From Candidatus Woesearchaeota archaeon (GTDB lineage: Archaea > Nanobdellota > Nanobdellia > Woesearchaeales > GW2011-AR9), in NCBI GenBank assembly GCA_018676855.1, contig JABHDY010000003.1:148136-212135 (forward strand): a DNA stretch of 64,000 bases. Direction: 5' to 3'. Made by a program: the position numbers and the translations under genes. Below, in pieces: positions 56,395-64,000 of the stretch. Below the pieces are notes generated by a model. That model saw only the letters and a list, made by a program, of their open reading frames with translations, searched no databases and was not told the DNA's origin. Position 1 is the first letter of the stretch. Each line of letters opens with the position of its first letter.

Positions 56395-56769
56395 ATGAAC
56401 ATGCGTTTCAAAGCAAAAAAAGTGTATGGGCAATATAAAAGAATTCCGTGTCCGTTCTGTGAGAGAACAGCAACTCAAAAGAATGAACAGGGTCTTGATG
56501 TCTGCCATAAACATACAAATCAAAATCTTGATGAAATTAAATGTACGTGCGGTTCTTGGTTAGAATTGCGGAATGGAAAGTTTGGCCCATATTTTAACTG
56601 TATCAATTGTGGAAATTTTAATTATACAAAAGCCATGGAAATTAAAGCTATTACACACAAAGAAGTTGCAAAAGACGTCATTGTTGATAAACCGAAACCT
56701 GTTGAACAAATAACTGAAACTAAAAAAGAAATTACCATTAGTAGTAATGATGTAGAATATTTTGATTAA
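56395..56769 (+). CDS. Topoisomerase-type C4 zinc-finger protein
   Basis: 'CPFCERTA..CHKH' and 'CTCGSWLELRNGKFGPYFNCINCG' resemble zf-C4_Topoisom modules. Confidence 0.55.
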   Translation: MNMRFKAKKVYGQYKRIPCPFCERTATQKNEQGLDVCHKHTNQNLDEIKCTCGSWLELRNGKFGPYFNCINCGNFNYTKAMEIKAITHKEVAKDVIVDKPKPVEQITETKKEITISSNDVEYFD

Positions 56770-57170
56770 CGTTTCTTTTTAGTTTTTCTTTTAGTATGTA
56801 ATTTCTTTGTACTTTTCTTTCTTATTGATTTTTTCTTAAGCGTTTTCCTTTTTACAGTTTTCTTTTTTACTACTTTTCGTTTCACCAATTTCTTTACTTT
56901 TTTTTTCTTTACAACGTTCTTCACTGGTCTTCGTAACTTCCGTCCCCACCTTTCTTTAGCAATCTTATTCTTCTTAATTTTAGTTACTAACTCTTTAAAA
57001 GAAACATATTTTCCTTTTCGTACGGGTTCAGGCTTCTCTGGAGGAGGAGCAGTAAACACAGACTGTTTTCGTTTAGAAACGATCTTGAGAAATTTGGTAA
57101 AAGAAACGTATTCCTCTTTTGACTTACGACGTTTTACCTTTATTTTTGTATGAACAGTACGTTTACGCAT
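56766..57170 (-). CDS. Extremely Lys/Arg-rich protein with internal repeat (candidate nucleic-acid-binding protein)
   Basis: 134 aa. 'EEYVSFTKFLKIVSKRK' and 'GKYVSFKELVTKIKKNK' repeat, then a K/R tail of about 60 aa. Stop overlaps the convergent gene's stop in 'ttaa'. Confidence 0.6.
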   Translation of the reverse strand: MRKRTVHTKIKVKRRKSKEEYVSFTKFLKIVSKRKQSVFTAPPPEKPEPVRKGKYVSFKELVTKIKKNKIAKERWGRKLRRPVKNVVKKKKVKKLVKRKVVKKKTVKRKTLKKKSIRKKSTKKLHTKRKTKKKR

Positions 57171-57201
57171 AGGCTAAGGAATATGTACTGGAATATAAAG
57201 A

Positions 57202-57339
57202 TTACCTTGCAGGTATTATGGGTAGATCTAACTTTTGCCATGACCGTATTCTTCTTGCATCAGTATCTGGATTATGAAAATCTGGCATTACTAATCCCAC
57301 TAACCGTCCCTTTCTAAACAATTTTACTTTCATTAACAT
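57202..57339 (-). CDS. Possible small protein (45 aa)
   Basis: 'MLMKVKLFRKGRLVGLVMPDFHNPDTDARRIRSWQKLDLPIIPAR'. 'GAGGTG' abuts the ATG. 'ggtatataag' TATA-like box upstream. No other support. Confidence 0.3.
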   Translation of the reverse strand: MLMKVKLFRKGRLVGLVMPDFHNPDTDARRIRSWQKLDLPIIPAR

Positions 57340-57502
57340 CACCTCTATCCGTTTTAAGAAGAAACAAACTTATATACCCTACGCGTGGTTGTCCAGTGGG
57401 TTGTGGGTACATTTTTTATGTGTAAATAGGGGTAAAAGTAATGTGTCCAGTGGGACAGAAAAGTATAGAATGATTTAAGTATGAATAACTAATTATGGTA
57501 CT

Positions 57503-58060
57503 ATGCACCATCCAAAAGAATTGTTTGATAATATTGAAGAAGAACCAAAGGAAGAACCAGAAAGAAAACCAATATTCAAAAGAATTTTTATTATTACAAT
57601 AAGTTTATTTCTTATTATTCTGATTACATCATTTGTTATTGTTCAATATCCATTAAATGATATTCTACAAGGTAAGATTGAATCAGACTTATTAAAAAAT
57701 AATATGCTTGAAACTGACGATGTTACAATAATGTTTGAAGAAGTTGTTGCAGATACTCTACGATCATGGTACTTTGGAGAACAGCGAACAGAATTTGCGG
57801 TATGTATGGATGGAATAAAAGAAAATGATGTATACTACATAACATCATTAGAACAACCAACAATGTACGAACAAGCGTTTAATCATGTTTCATTTGCTCC
57901 CTGTTCAGAAGAATCGTTAATATTGCTACATACACACCCGTACAAGAAATGTATAGCATCTGAGACAGACATAAATACGTTACGAGAAATGCAACAACGT
58001 AATGCAGATGTTCTTATGGTAGTGATGTGTGAACCAGATAGGTTTAGTGTGTATTCTTAG
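57503..58060 (+). CDS. Membrane-anchored JAB/MPN (JAMM) metalloprotease-like protein
   Basis: TM 'IFIITISLFLIILITSFVIV'. 'EFAVCMDG' (Glu) and 'LLHTHPYKKCIASETD' fit HxHx7Sx2D. Confidence 0.6.
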   Translation: MHHPKELFDNIEEEPKEEPERKPIFKRIFIITISLFLIILITSFVIVQYPLNDILQGKIESDLLKNNMLETDDVTIMFEEVVADTLRSWYFGEQRTEFAVCMDGIKENDVYYITSLEQPTMYEQAFNHVSFAPCSEESLILLHTHPYKKCIASETDINTLREMQQRNADVLMVVMCEPDRFSVYS

Positions 58061-58098
58061 ACAAACTTTTTTAAACCCCTTTCAATTAAACATAAAAC

Positions 58099-59916
58099 AT
58101 GTCGTATGAGAAACTTGGATTGAAGTGTGGGATAGAAATTCATCAACAGTTAGATGGCCGTAAGTTGTTCTGTACATGTCCTACACAAATACGAGATGAT
58201 CAACCACACTTTACAATTAAACGTAAGTTAAGAGCATCTGCGGGCGAGTCAGGAAAGGTTGACATTGCTGCACAACAAGAACAGTTACGTGACAAAACGT
58301 TCATCTATGAAGGATATAAAGATACAACATGTTTAGTAGAAACTGATAGTGAACCTCCTCACAAGATTAATAATGATGCTCTCTTCACAGTATTACAATT
58401 TTGTAAAGTAACGGAAGCAGACGTATCTCCTATTGTACAAGTAATGCGGAAAACTGTTGTTGACGGTTCTAACACTACAGGTTTTCAAAGAACTGCACTT
58501 GTTGCAAGGAATGGTAGTGTTGAAACGAGTGAAGGAATTGTAAGGTTTCAAAACATTTCTCTTGAAGAAGATGCATGTAAAATCATAAATGAAACAGCAG
58601 ATGAAAAAACGTACAGGTTAGACCGTCTTGGCATCCCATTAATTGAAATTGGCACTATGCCAGACATTAAAACTCCTGAACAATGCCAAGAGACAGCAAA
58701 AAAGATTGGAATGATTCTTCGATCACTTCCCAACATAAAAAGAGGGTTGGGAACTATTAGACAAGATGTTAATGTTTCTATCAAAGGTGGTACACGAATA
58801 GAGGTTAAGGGTGCACAAGATTTACGGCAAGTACCATTACTTGTTGAATTGGAAGTAAAAAGACAAGCAGAATTACTAAAAATTAAAGACGAATTACGTC
58901 ATCATCGATTAAACGATTTTTCAGTTATTGATTTAACTGTTCTGTTACAAGATGCAGATTCAAAAATTGTAAAGAAAACTATTGAAACTGATGGTAAAAT
59001 ACTTGGAATTAAATTACATGGATTTTCTGGATTAGTTGGAAGAGAATTACAACCTAACTATAGAATTGGATCAGAATTTTCTTGTAGAGCAAAAATTAAA
59101 GCTGGTGTCGGTGGAATATTTCATTCAGATGAGCTTCCTAATTATGGTATTCAAGATAAGGAGATTAAACTTATCAGGAAGAAATTAGCGTGCACACAAC
59201 AAGATGCATTCATTTTAGTTGCTGATGAAGAGAAAAAAGCGCGTATCGCATTAGAAGCAGTATATGAACGAACGAAAGAACTGTTTAATGGCGTTCCTGG
59301 AGAAGTTAGAAAGGCAAAGGCCGATGGAACAACATCATTCCTTCGACCAATACCAGGAGCTGCACGAATGTATCCAGAAACTGATGTGCCATTAATACGG
59401 CCAGATTTGTCTGATATTGAATTGCCTGAATTATTAGATGCAAAGATATTAAGGTATCAAGAAACGTTTGAAATAAGCAGTGATTTGGCACAATCTATTG
59501 CAAAGAATAATCCTACGTTATTTGAAGAACTGGTTGCACAATATCCAACAATAAAACCAGCATTTATTGCTGCAACCCTTACATCAACATTGATAGAAAT
59601 TAAACGAAAGTATAAACTTGATTCTTCAGTGTTGAAGGATGACGATTTCAGATCATTATTTGAATATTTATCGCAAGATAAGATCCATAAGGACATTATC
59701 CTTGATGTATTGATAGATATGATTAAAGGAGAATTTGATATTGCCAAGTATGAAGGATTATCAACAGAAGAAATTCATGACGTAATAAAAGAAATTGTGG
59801 ATAAGAATAAAGGTGCTCCAAGAGGTGCTCTTATGGGTATGTGTATGAAAAAATTGGTTGGAAAAGTGTCTGGCAAAGTTATTTCTGAAGAATTAGACAA
59901 GTTAGTTACTAAGTAG
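58099..59916 (+). CDS. gatE: Glu-tRNA(Gln) amidotransferase subunit E
   Basis: 'GLKCGIEIHQQL', 'LEEDACK', 'DRLGIPLIEI', 'IRQDVNVSI'. 605 aa. Confidence 0.95.
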   Translation: MSYEKLGLKCGIEIHQQLDGRKLFCTCPTQIRDDQPHFTIKRKLRASAGESGKVDIAAQQEQLRDKTFIYEGYKDTTCLVETDSEPPHKINNDALFTVLQFCKVTEADVSPIVQVMRKTVVDGSNTTGFQRTALVARNGSVETSEGIVRFQNISLEEDACKIINETADEKTYRLDRLGIPLIEIGTMPDIKTPEQCQETAKKIGMILRSLPNIKRGLGTIRQDVNVSIKGGTRIEVKGAQDLRQVPLLVELEVKRQAELLKIKDELRHHRLNDFSVIDLTVLLQDADSKIVKKTIETDGKILGIKLHGFSGLVGRELQPNYRIGSEFSCRAKIKAGVGGIFHSDELPNYGIQDKEIKLIRKKLACTQQDAFILVADEEKKARIALEAVYERTKELFNGVPGEVRKAKADGTTSFLRPIPGAARMYPETDVPLIRPDLSDIELPELLDAKILRYQETFEISSDLAQSIAKNNPTLFEELVAQYPTIKPAFIAATLTSTLIEIKRKYKLDSSVLKDDDFRSLFEYLSQDKIHKDIILDVLIDMIKGEFDIAKYEGLSTEEIHDVIKEIVDKNKGAPRGALMGMCMKKLVGKVSGKVISEELDKLVTK

Positions 59917-59966
59917 TAGTTAATTAGAGAAAGATTTATAAAGAGAAATGCTTATATAATAGTTAT

Positions 59967-60494
59967 ATGGCAATCTCACAAATGGATGAAGGATTAGTAG
60001 AATATAAGCAGCGAATTGTACCACGGCGTAAAGAGGGGCTTATAAAACACATTAAAGACCGAGCTATAGGATACACTACAACTTTTATCATTACAGCTAT
60101 ATCAACGTTAGCGATTGCGAACGGTGGAAATGAGCCACGAAGTGCTCTTACAGGTTTAGAGACACAAGTTGGATACGATACTCCTCATTTAGGAAGTGGT
60201 ATTGAGTTACGATCTAAAAAACCTGAAGGATATATTAAAGAATGTGCAGAAGCTGTAGAACAGCATAGAACAAATTTTGAAGGAGCAGTTGATAGTAAAG
60301 TAGACGCATTTGATCCAACAAATGATGATATTCTTATAAGAATCAAAAAAGAAAGGGATGTAGAACTAACTAAAGCAAAATGTGAATTAGGCTGTGAAAC
60401 ATGGGCATATCAACCAAACGAACTTGGACAAAAAGGTGATTATAAGGCTGTATTTCGATTAATTAAAACTTGCGGACCTAAAAAAAGACGGTAA
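59967..60494 (+). CDS. Hypothetical membrane-anchored protein
   Basis: 175 aa. One TM 'TTTFIITAISTLAIA'. No motif recognised. Confidence 0.45.
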   Translation: MAISQMDEGLVEYKQRIVPRRKEGLIKHIKDRAIGYTTTFIITAISTLAIANGGNEPRSALTGLETQVGYDTPHLGSGIELRSKKPEGYIKECAEAVEQHRTNFEGAVDSKVDAFDPTNDDILIRIKKERDVELTKAKCELGCETWAYQPNELGQKGDYKAVFRLIKTCGPKKRR

Positions 60495-60547
60495 TCTTAT
60501 AAAAAACATTAATTTTAAACAAAAAAAACAATGGAGTTACATACAAA

Positions 60548-61093
60548 ATGACTGAAACAATCAAAAAAGGAGACACAGTAAAAGTTGAGTATACAGGAAA
60601 GTTAGAAGACGGTTCTGTTTTTGACACATCTGACGGAAAAGCACCATTAGCGTTTGAAGTTGGATCTAAACAAGTTATTCCTGGCTTTGAAAAGGAAGTT
60701 GAAGGAATGAATGTTGGTGAAGAAAAAACATTTACAATTAAATCAGATGAAGCATACGGTCCTGTTCAAGCAGAAATGACACAGGAAGTTCCACGTGATA
60801 AGCTTCCAAGTGAACCTGCACCTCAAGAGGGTATGATGCTCGTTATGCAAGCACCTAACGGCCAGCAAATACCTGCTAAGATTGTTAGTGTATCAGATGA
60901 TAAAGTAAAAATCGATTTAAACCATCCACTTGCAGGAAAGGATTTAACGTTTACCGTTAAAGTTGTTGGTGTTAATGAACCAGAAGACAAAAAGGACGAA
61001 AAACAAGAAGACAATAAAGAAAAAGAATCTTCAGAAAAGAAAGATGATGAAGAAAATTGCGATTCTTGTGACAGTTGCCCTGGATGCCATTAG
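60548..61093 (+). CDS. FKBP-type peptidyl-prolyl isomerase, SlyD-like with Cys/His tail
   Basis: 'GDTVKVEYTGKLEDGSVFDTS', 'VIPGFEKEVEGM', 'NHPLAGKDLTF', C-terminal 'CDSCDSCPGCH'. Confidence 0.85.
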   Translation: MTETIKKGDTVKVEYTGKLEDGSVFDTSDGKAPLAFEVGSKQVIPGFEKEVEGMNVGEEKTFTIKSDEAYGPVQAEMTQEVPRDKLPSEPAPQEGMMLVMQAPNGQQIPAKIVSVSDDKVKIDLNHPLAGKDLTFTVKVVGVNEPEDKKDEKQEDNKEKESSEKKDDEENCDSCDSCPGCH

Positions 61094-61129
61094 TAACATT
61101 TTTATTCTTATTCTTTTTCTTTAATTTTA

Positions 61130-61705
61130 ATGAACACTAAAAGAACGACCATAATCATATTTTGTTTATTACTTCCATTATTCATAACACTTTTTTCATA
61201 CAAATCAACATTATTTTTTATTGATGGAACACCAGAACAACAAAATACGTTTGATTATCTCAATAATAAAGCATCATTAACACAAGAATATACGGAAAGT
61301 GAAATTTCACATTTAGAAGACGTACAAGTAGTCATGAAGTATAGTGATATTGTTTTCTATCTATTATTACTTGTGCTCACTTTCATTATTACGTTCTATA
61401 GAAAAGATACAAAACAAGTACAAAAATTGGTAAAGTATGGAGGAATAACAACACTTTCTGTTGTAGGAACAGTTTCATTACTATCAATATTTTCATTTAA
61501 TAAAGCATTTACGTTCTTCCATGCAATCTTATTTCCACAAGGAAATTGGCAATTTCCAATAGAATCAGTTCTTATACACACATTTCCCTATACATTCTTT
61601 GTATCATTTGCAATTAAAATGGGTATACAAGCGTTCTGTTGGGGAATAGTTTTTATACTTGTCTTTATTTATGTTCAATATGGTCTTACGAGTACGAAGC
61701 ATTAA
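61130..61705 (+). CDS. Polytopic membrane protein (weak resemblance to TIGR01906/DUF1461)
   Basis: 191 aa, 4-5 TM helices. Family call is from memory only. Confidence 0.4.
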   Translation: MNTKRTTIIIFCLLLPLFITLFSYKSTLFFIDGTPEQQNTFDYLNNKASLTQEYTESEISHLEDVQVVMKYSDIVFYLLLLVLTFIITFYRKDTKQVQKLVKYGGITTLSVVGTVSLLSIFSFNKAFTFFHAILFPQGNWQFPIESVLIHTFPYTFFVSFAIKMGIQAFCWGIVFILVFIYVQYGLTSTKH

Positions 61706-61898
61706 AGCAATGCTGCTTGTTGCAGTTGCACTTACCATCCTTATTGTGTTCTTCATAATCATATTTAGTATTATTTGGTTCATTATTCCATTTGTCATTA
61801 TCCTTATTATTGTGAGTTACCTCTTTAGAATACTCAACAAACTTAAAAAAGAGAAGAGCAACGATATTCTTGACGTAAAGTATAAAGTACGAAAATAG
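61680..61898 (+). CDS. Small membrane protein
   Basis: 'MVLRVRSIKAMLLVAVALTILIVFFIIIF..'. Two TM helices. Overlaps the upstream gene by 26 nt, so uncertain. Confidence 0.3.
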   Translation: MVLRVRSIKAMLLVAVALTILIVFFIIIFSIIWFIIPFVIILIIVSYLFRILNKLKKEKSNDILDVKYKVRK

Positions 61899-61907
61899 GA
61901 GAATAAT

Positions 61908-62564
61908 ATGAAACCATTAATCATACTTAATTATAAATTGTATAAAGAAGCAGTAGGAACAAAAGCGCTTGACATTGCACGAAAAATAAGTAAAATAAAG
62001 AACGATAAGTACGACATTGTTGTTTCACCATCACTTTGTTCAATGAAAGAAATTGCAGAGAAAACAAATGTCACTGTTTTTTCACAACATACTGATCATG
62101 TTCCGTTAGGAGCACATACTGGAAGAATCTCTCCTGAAGAATTGAAAAGGATTAATGTTAAAGGAACCATATTAAACCATTCTGAACGAAAAATACCTCT
62201 TAAATATCTAGCAAGAATAATTGAACAATGTGTAAAGAATAAGTTAAAAACTGTTGTGTGTGCATCAACCTTGTCTGAGATTAAAAAAGTTGCAGAACTT
62301 AATCCGCATTACATTGCATATGAACCAAAAGAACTTATCGGTGGAAATATTTCTGTCACGAAAGCTAATCCAGACATTATTGTAAAGGCTGTTGAGATGG
62401 TTCACAACATTAATCCTAGGATTAAAGTGTTATGTGGTGCAGGCATTCATTCAAAAGAAGATGTTGGTCAAGCATTGTTACTTGGAACACATGGTGTTCT
62501 TATAGGTCATTCTTTTGTAAAAGCAAAGGATCCTAAGAAGTTCTTACAAGATATGTTGTTATAA
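61908..62564 (+). CDS. tpiA: Triosephosphate isomerase, archaeal short form
   Basis: 'LIILNYKLY', 'GTILNHSERK', 'IAYEPKELIG', 'CGAGI'. 218 aa. Confidence 0.9.
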   Translation: MKPLIILNYKLYKEAVGTKALDIARKISKIKNDKYDIVVSPSLCSMKEIAEKTNVTVFSQHTDHVPLGAHTGRISPEELKRINVKGTILNHSERKIPLKYLARIIEQCVKNKLKTVVCASTLSEIKKVAELNPHYIAYEPKELIGGNISVTKANPDIIVKAVEMVHNINPRIKVLCGAGIHSKEDVGQALLLGTHGVLIGHSFVKAKDPKKFLQDMLL

Positions 62565-63122
62565 TTATCGTGCTTCAACATAAAACTTTTGTGAAGGTGG
62601 ATATGGTTGGCCATCTACTAATACATTCGCAGTAAATATGTACGTTCCTTCTGGATAGTCTCGTGGAATAGAAATGAGCACAGGAACGTTCTTATGTTCA
62701 TTTTGGAGAACTTTGAATGTTTCGTGATTATATAATATTGCACTCATTTTCAAATCATTAAGATTTACTGTTTGAGCTTCTTGGCCAGCAACAGAAAGAT
62801 ATCCTGTTGGATCAATATTAACTGAAAAAGATGCACCAGAGTCTATGTTTACATTCAATACCCCTATACCAAAAACCTTCTCTTCTCCATGAGACATAGT
62901 AACTTTATATGGATACACAGCAGTAAGTTTTCCTTGGTCAATTAACAATTGTTTTAACTGACTTTCAGTTTGTTGATCAAGACCTTGCCTAAATTCTTCA
63001 GATTTGTTGATTAGATTGTATAAAAACGAAACGCTCCCAACAAGAATAACGATAGAAATGATAATTATAACTAGAACATTCATTGAAAGGCCAATAGCCC
63101 CTTTAGTAGATAATGGTTTCAT
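62565..63122 (-). CDS. Pilin-like protein with class III signal peptide
   Basis: 'MKPLSTKG/AIGLSMNVLVIIIISIVILV'. Confidence 0.55.
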   Translation of the reverse strand: MKPLSTKGAIGLSMNVLVIIIISIVILVGSVSFLYNLINKSEEFRQGLDQQTESQLKQLLIDQGKLTAVYPYKVTMSHGEEKVFGIGVLNVNIDSGASFSVNIDPTGYLSVAGQEAQTVNLNDLKMSAILYNHETFKVLQNEHKNVPVLISIPRDYPEGTYIFTANVLVDGQPYPPSQKFYVEAR

Positions 63123-63152
63123 GGTAAATAAAAAAGAATAAAATAAAAAAAA

Positions 63153-63383
63153 TTACCGCCAAACTTCATATTCTTTGATAATAATAATCATGAATATGAA
63201 CAATAATACTGCACCAGCAATCATATACCATAGTCCAGGTAAGACCGATGAATCATTAATAGAGGTATACATTCCCCAGCCCATAACGATAAAACCTAAC
63301 CAAAGGAACTTATCTAAAACAAGCTTCATTATCTGAAATTCTTGATCTTCCGTCATCCGTTTTTTTGAATTTTTTCGTGCCAT
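63153..63383 (-). CDS. Small two-TM membrane protein
   Basis: 76 aa, lying between the two pilin-like genes. Confidence 0.4.
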   Translation of the reverse strand: MARKNSKKRMTEDQEFQIMKLVLDKFLWLGFIVMGWGMYTSINDSSVLPGLWYMIAGAVLLFIFMIIIIKEYEVWR

Positions 63384-63393
63384 TATGTATCAC

Positions 63394-63903
63394 CTATGAT
63401 GTTACCCTAAGGAAAAACTGTTTTGTTTGATATGGTGTTGTACAATCAGCCCCATTACAAACTGATAGCGTACAGATGTATGTTCCTGGTTGCAGTCCTT
63501 GCTCTGTCAAGATAACACTAAAACCTGACGCAGTATTACCCGCAAGGTCTTGTGAAACAGATGCCATTAATGGAATTTCTTCTCGAGGCCCTCCTTGCGT
63601 ATCTAAACATTCAGTAACCTGAAAAGTTGCTGCAACTGCAGTATCCGTAATGCTATTGTAGAAACCAATATTCATTGTTTTTTCGTCATTACGCCCAATC
63701 TCAACTGTTTGTGATATTGTAATCGGATTAGCTGATGTTGGTTCTGCTTCAAGCTGCGTAACAGCAAAAGCTTCAGGTAGTTTTCCTTCCGCTCCTTTAA
63801 ATATTGTCCTTGTCAAAGTTAAACTTAATCCCAAGACAACAAATGCTATCACAATTACAACTATTGCTGTAATTGAAAGTGATAATGATCCTTTTTTTCT
63901 CAT
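63394..63903 (-). CDS. Pilin-like protein with class III signal peptide
   Basis: 'MRKKG/SLSLSITAIVVIVIAFVVLGL'. Confidence 0.55.
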   Translation of the reverse strand: MRKKGSLSLSITAIVVIVIAFVVLGLSLTLTRTIFKGAEGKLPEAFAVTQLEAEPTSANPITISQTVEIGRNDEKTMNIGFYNSITDTAVAATFQVTECLDTQGGPREEIPLMASVSQDLAGNTASGFSVILTEQGLQPGTYICTLSVCNGADCTTPYQTKQFFLRVTS

Positions 63904-64000
63904 TGTGACACCTCTTTTTTTTAATTACTTTTGATTATGTGTGTATAAAGGACATTTTCGTTATATATAAATGTTTTTGAAAATGAACAGGTATTATCAC

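Noticed and set aside
57171-57502. Box C/D sRNA in the long spacer
   Set aside because: 'GTGATGT' and 'CTGATGC' occur on the minus strand, but the spacing to any CTGA D/D' boxes does not fit the ~12-nt guide architecture.

Overview
AT-rich (about one-third G+C by spot counts), densely packed archaeal chromosome fragment. The archaeal assignment rests on aEF-2, the rpl7ae-rps28e-rpl24e-ndk operon, GatD/GatE, family-B DNA polymerase, archaeal-type LeuRS, an intron-containing tRNA, prepilin-like (class III) signal peptides, and TATA boxes about 25-30 nt upstream of mostly leaderless starts. The small-genome salvage flavour suggests a DPANN-like lineage, but that is inference only. Most of the window is housekeeping: ahcY, gatD, gatE, eno, pgk, tpiA, glmS, leuS, polB, PolX, rad50, mre11, adk, ndk, nfi and three tRNAs. 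I found no rRNA, CRISPR array, transposase, integrase or reverse transcriptase. Candidates, strongest first: (1) a four-gene cell-surface operon at 6890-16696, encoding a TM-anchored 661-aa protein, a 1898-aa Fn3/Ig-repeat Cys-rich giant protein, a pilin-like protein and an exported bacterial-type peptidoglycan amidase, in an organism that should have no murein. (2) A kinase-MTAP-APRT triple fusion at the left edge that the ORF track misses. (3) A G+C-elevated two-gene cassette at 54121-55120 with a duplicated 13-nt RBS motif, a GC hairpin, and a divergent TrmB regulator with a perfect palindrome. (4) A degenerate tRNA-like element with a TCG anticodon hairpin placed between the promoter and tRNA-Thr. 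(5) A split PIN/PhoH (PhoH2-like) pair behind an Arg-rich orphan gene. All functional calls come from motif recognition by eye. No database search or folding program was run.
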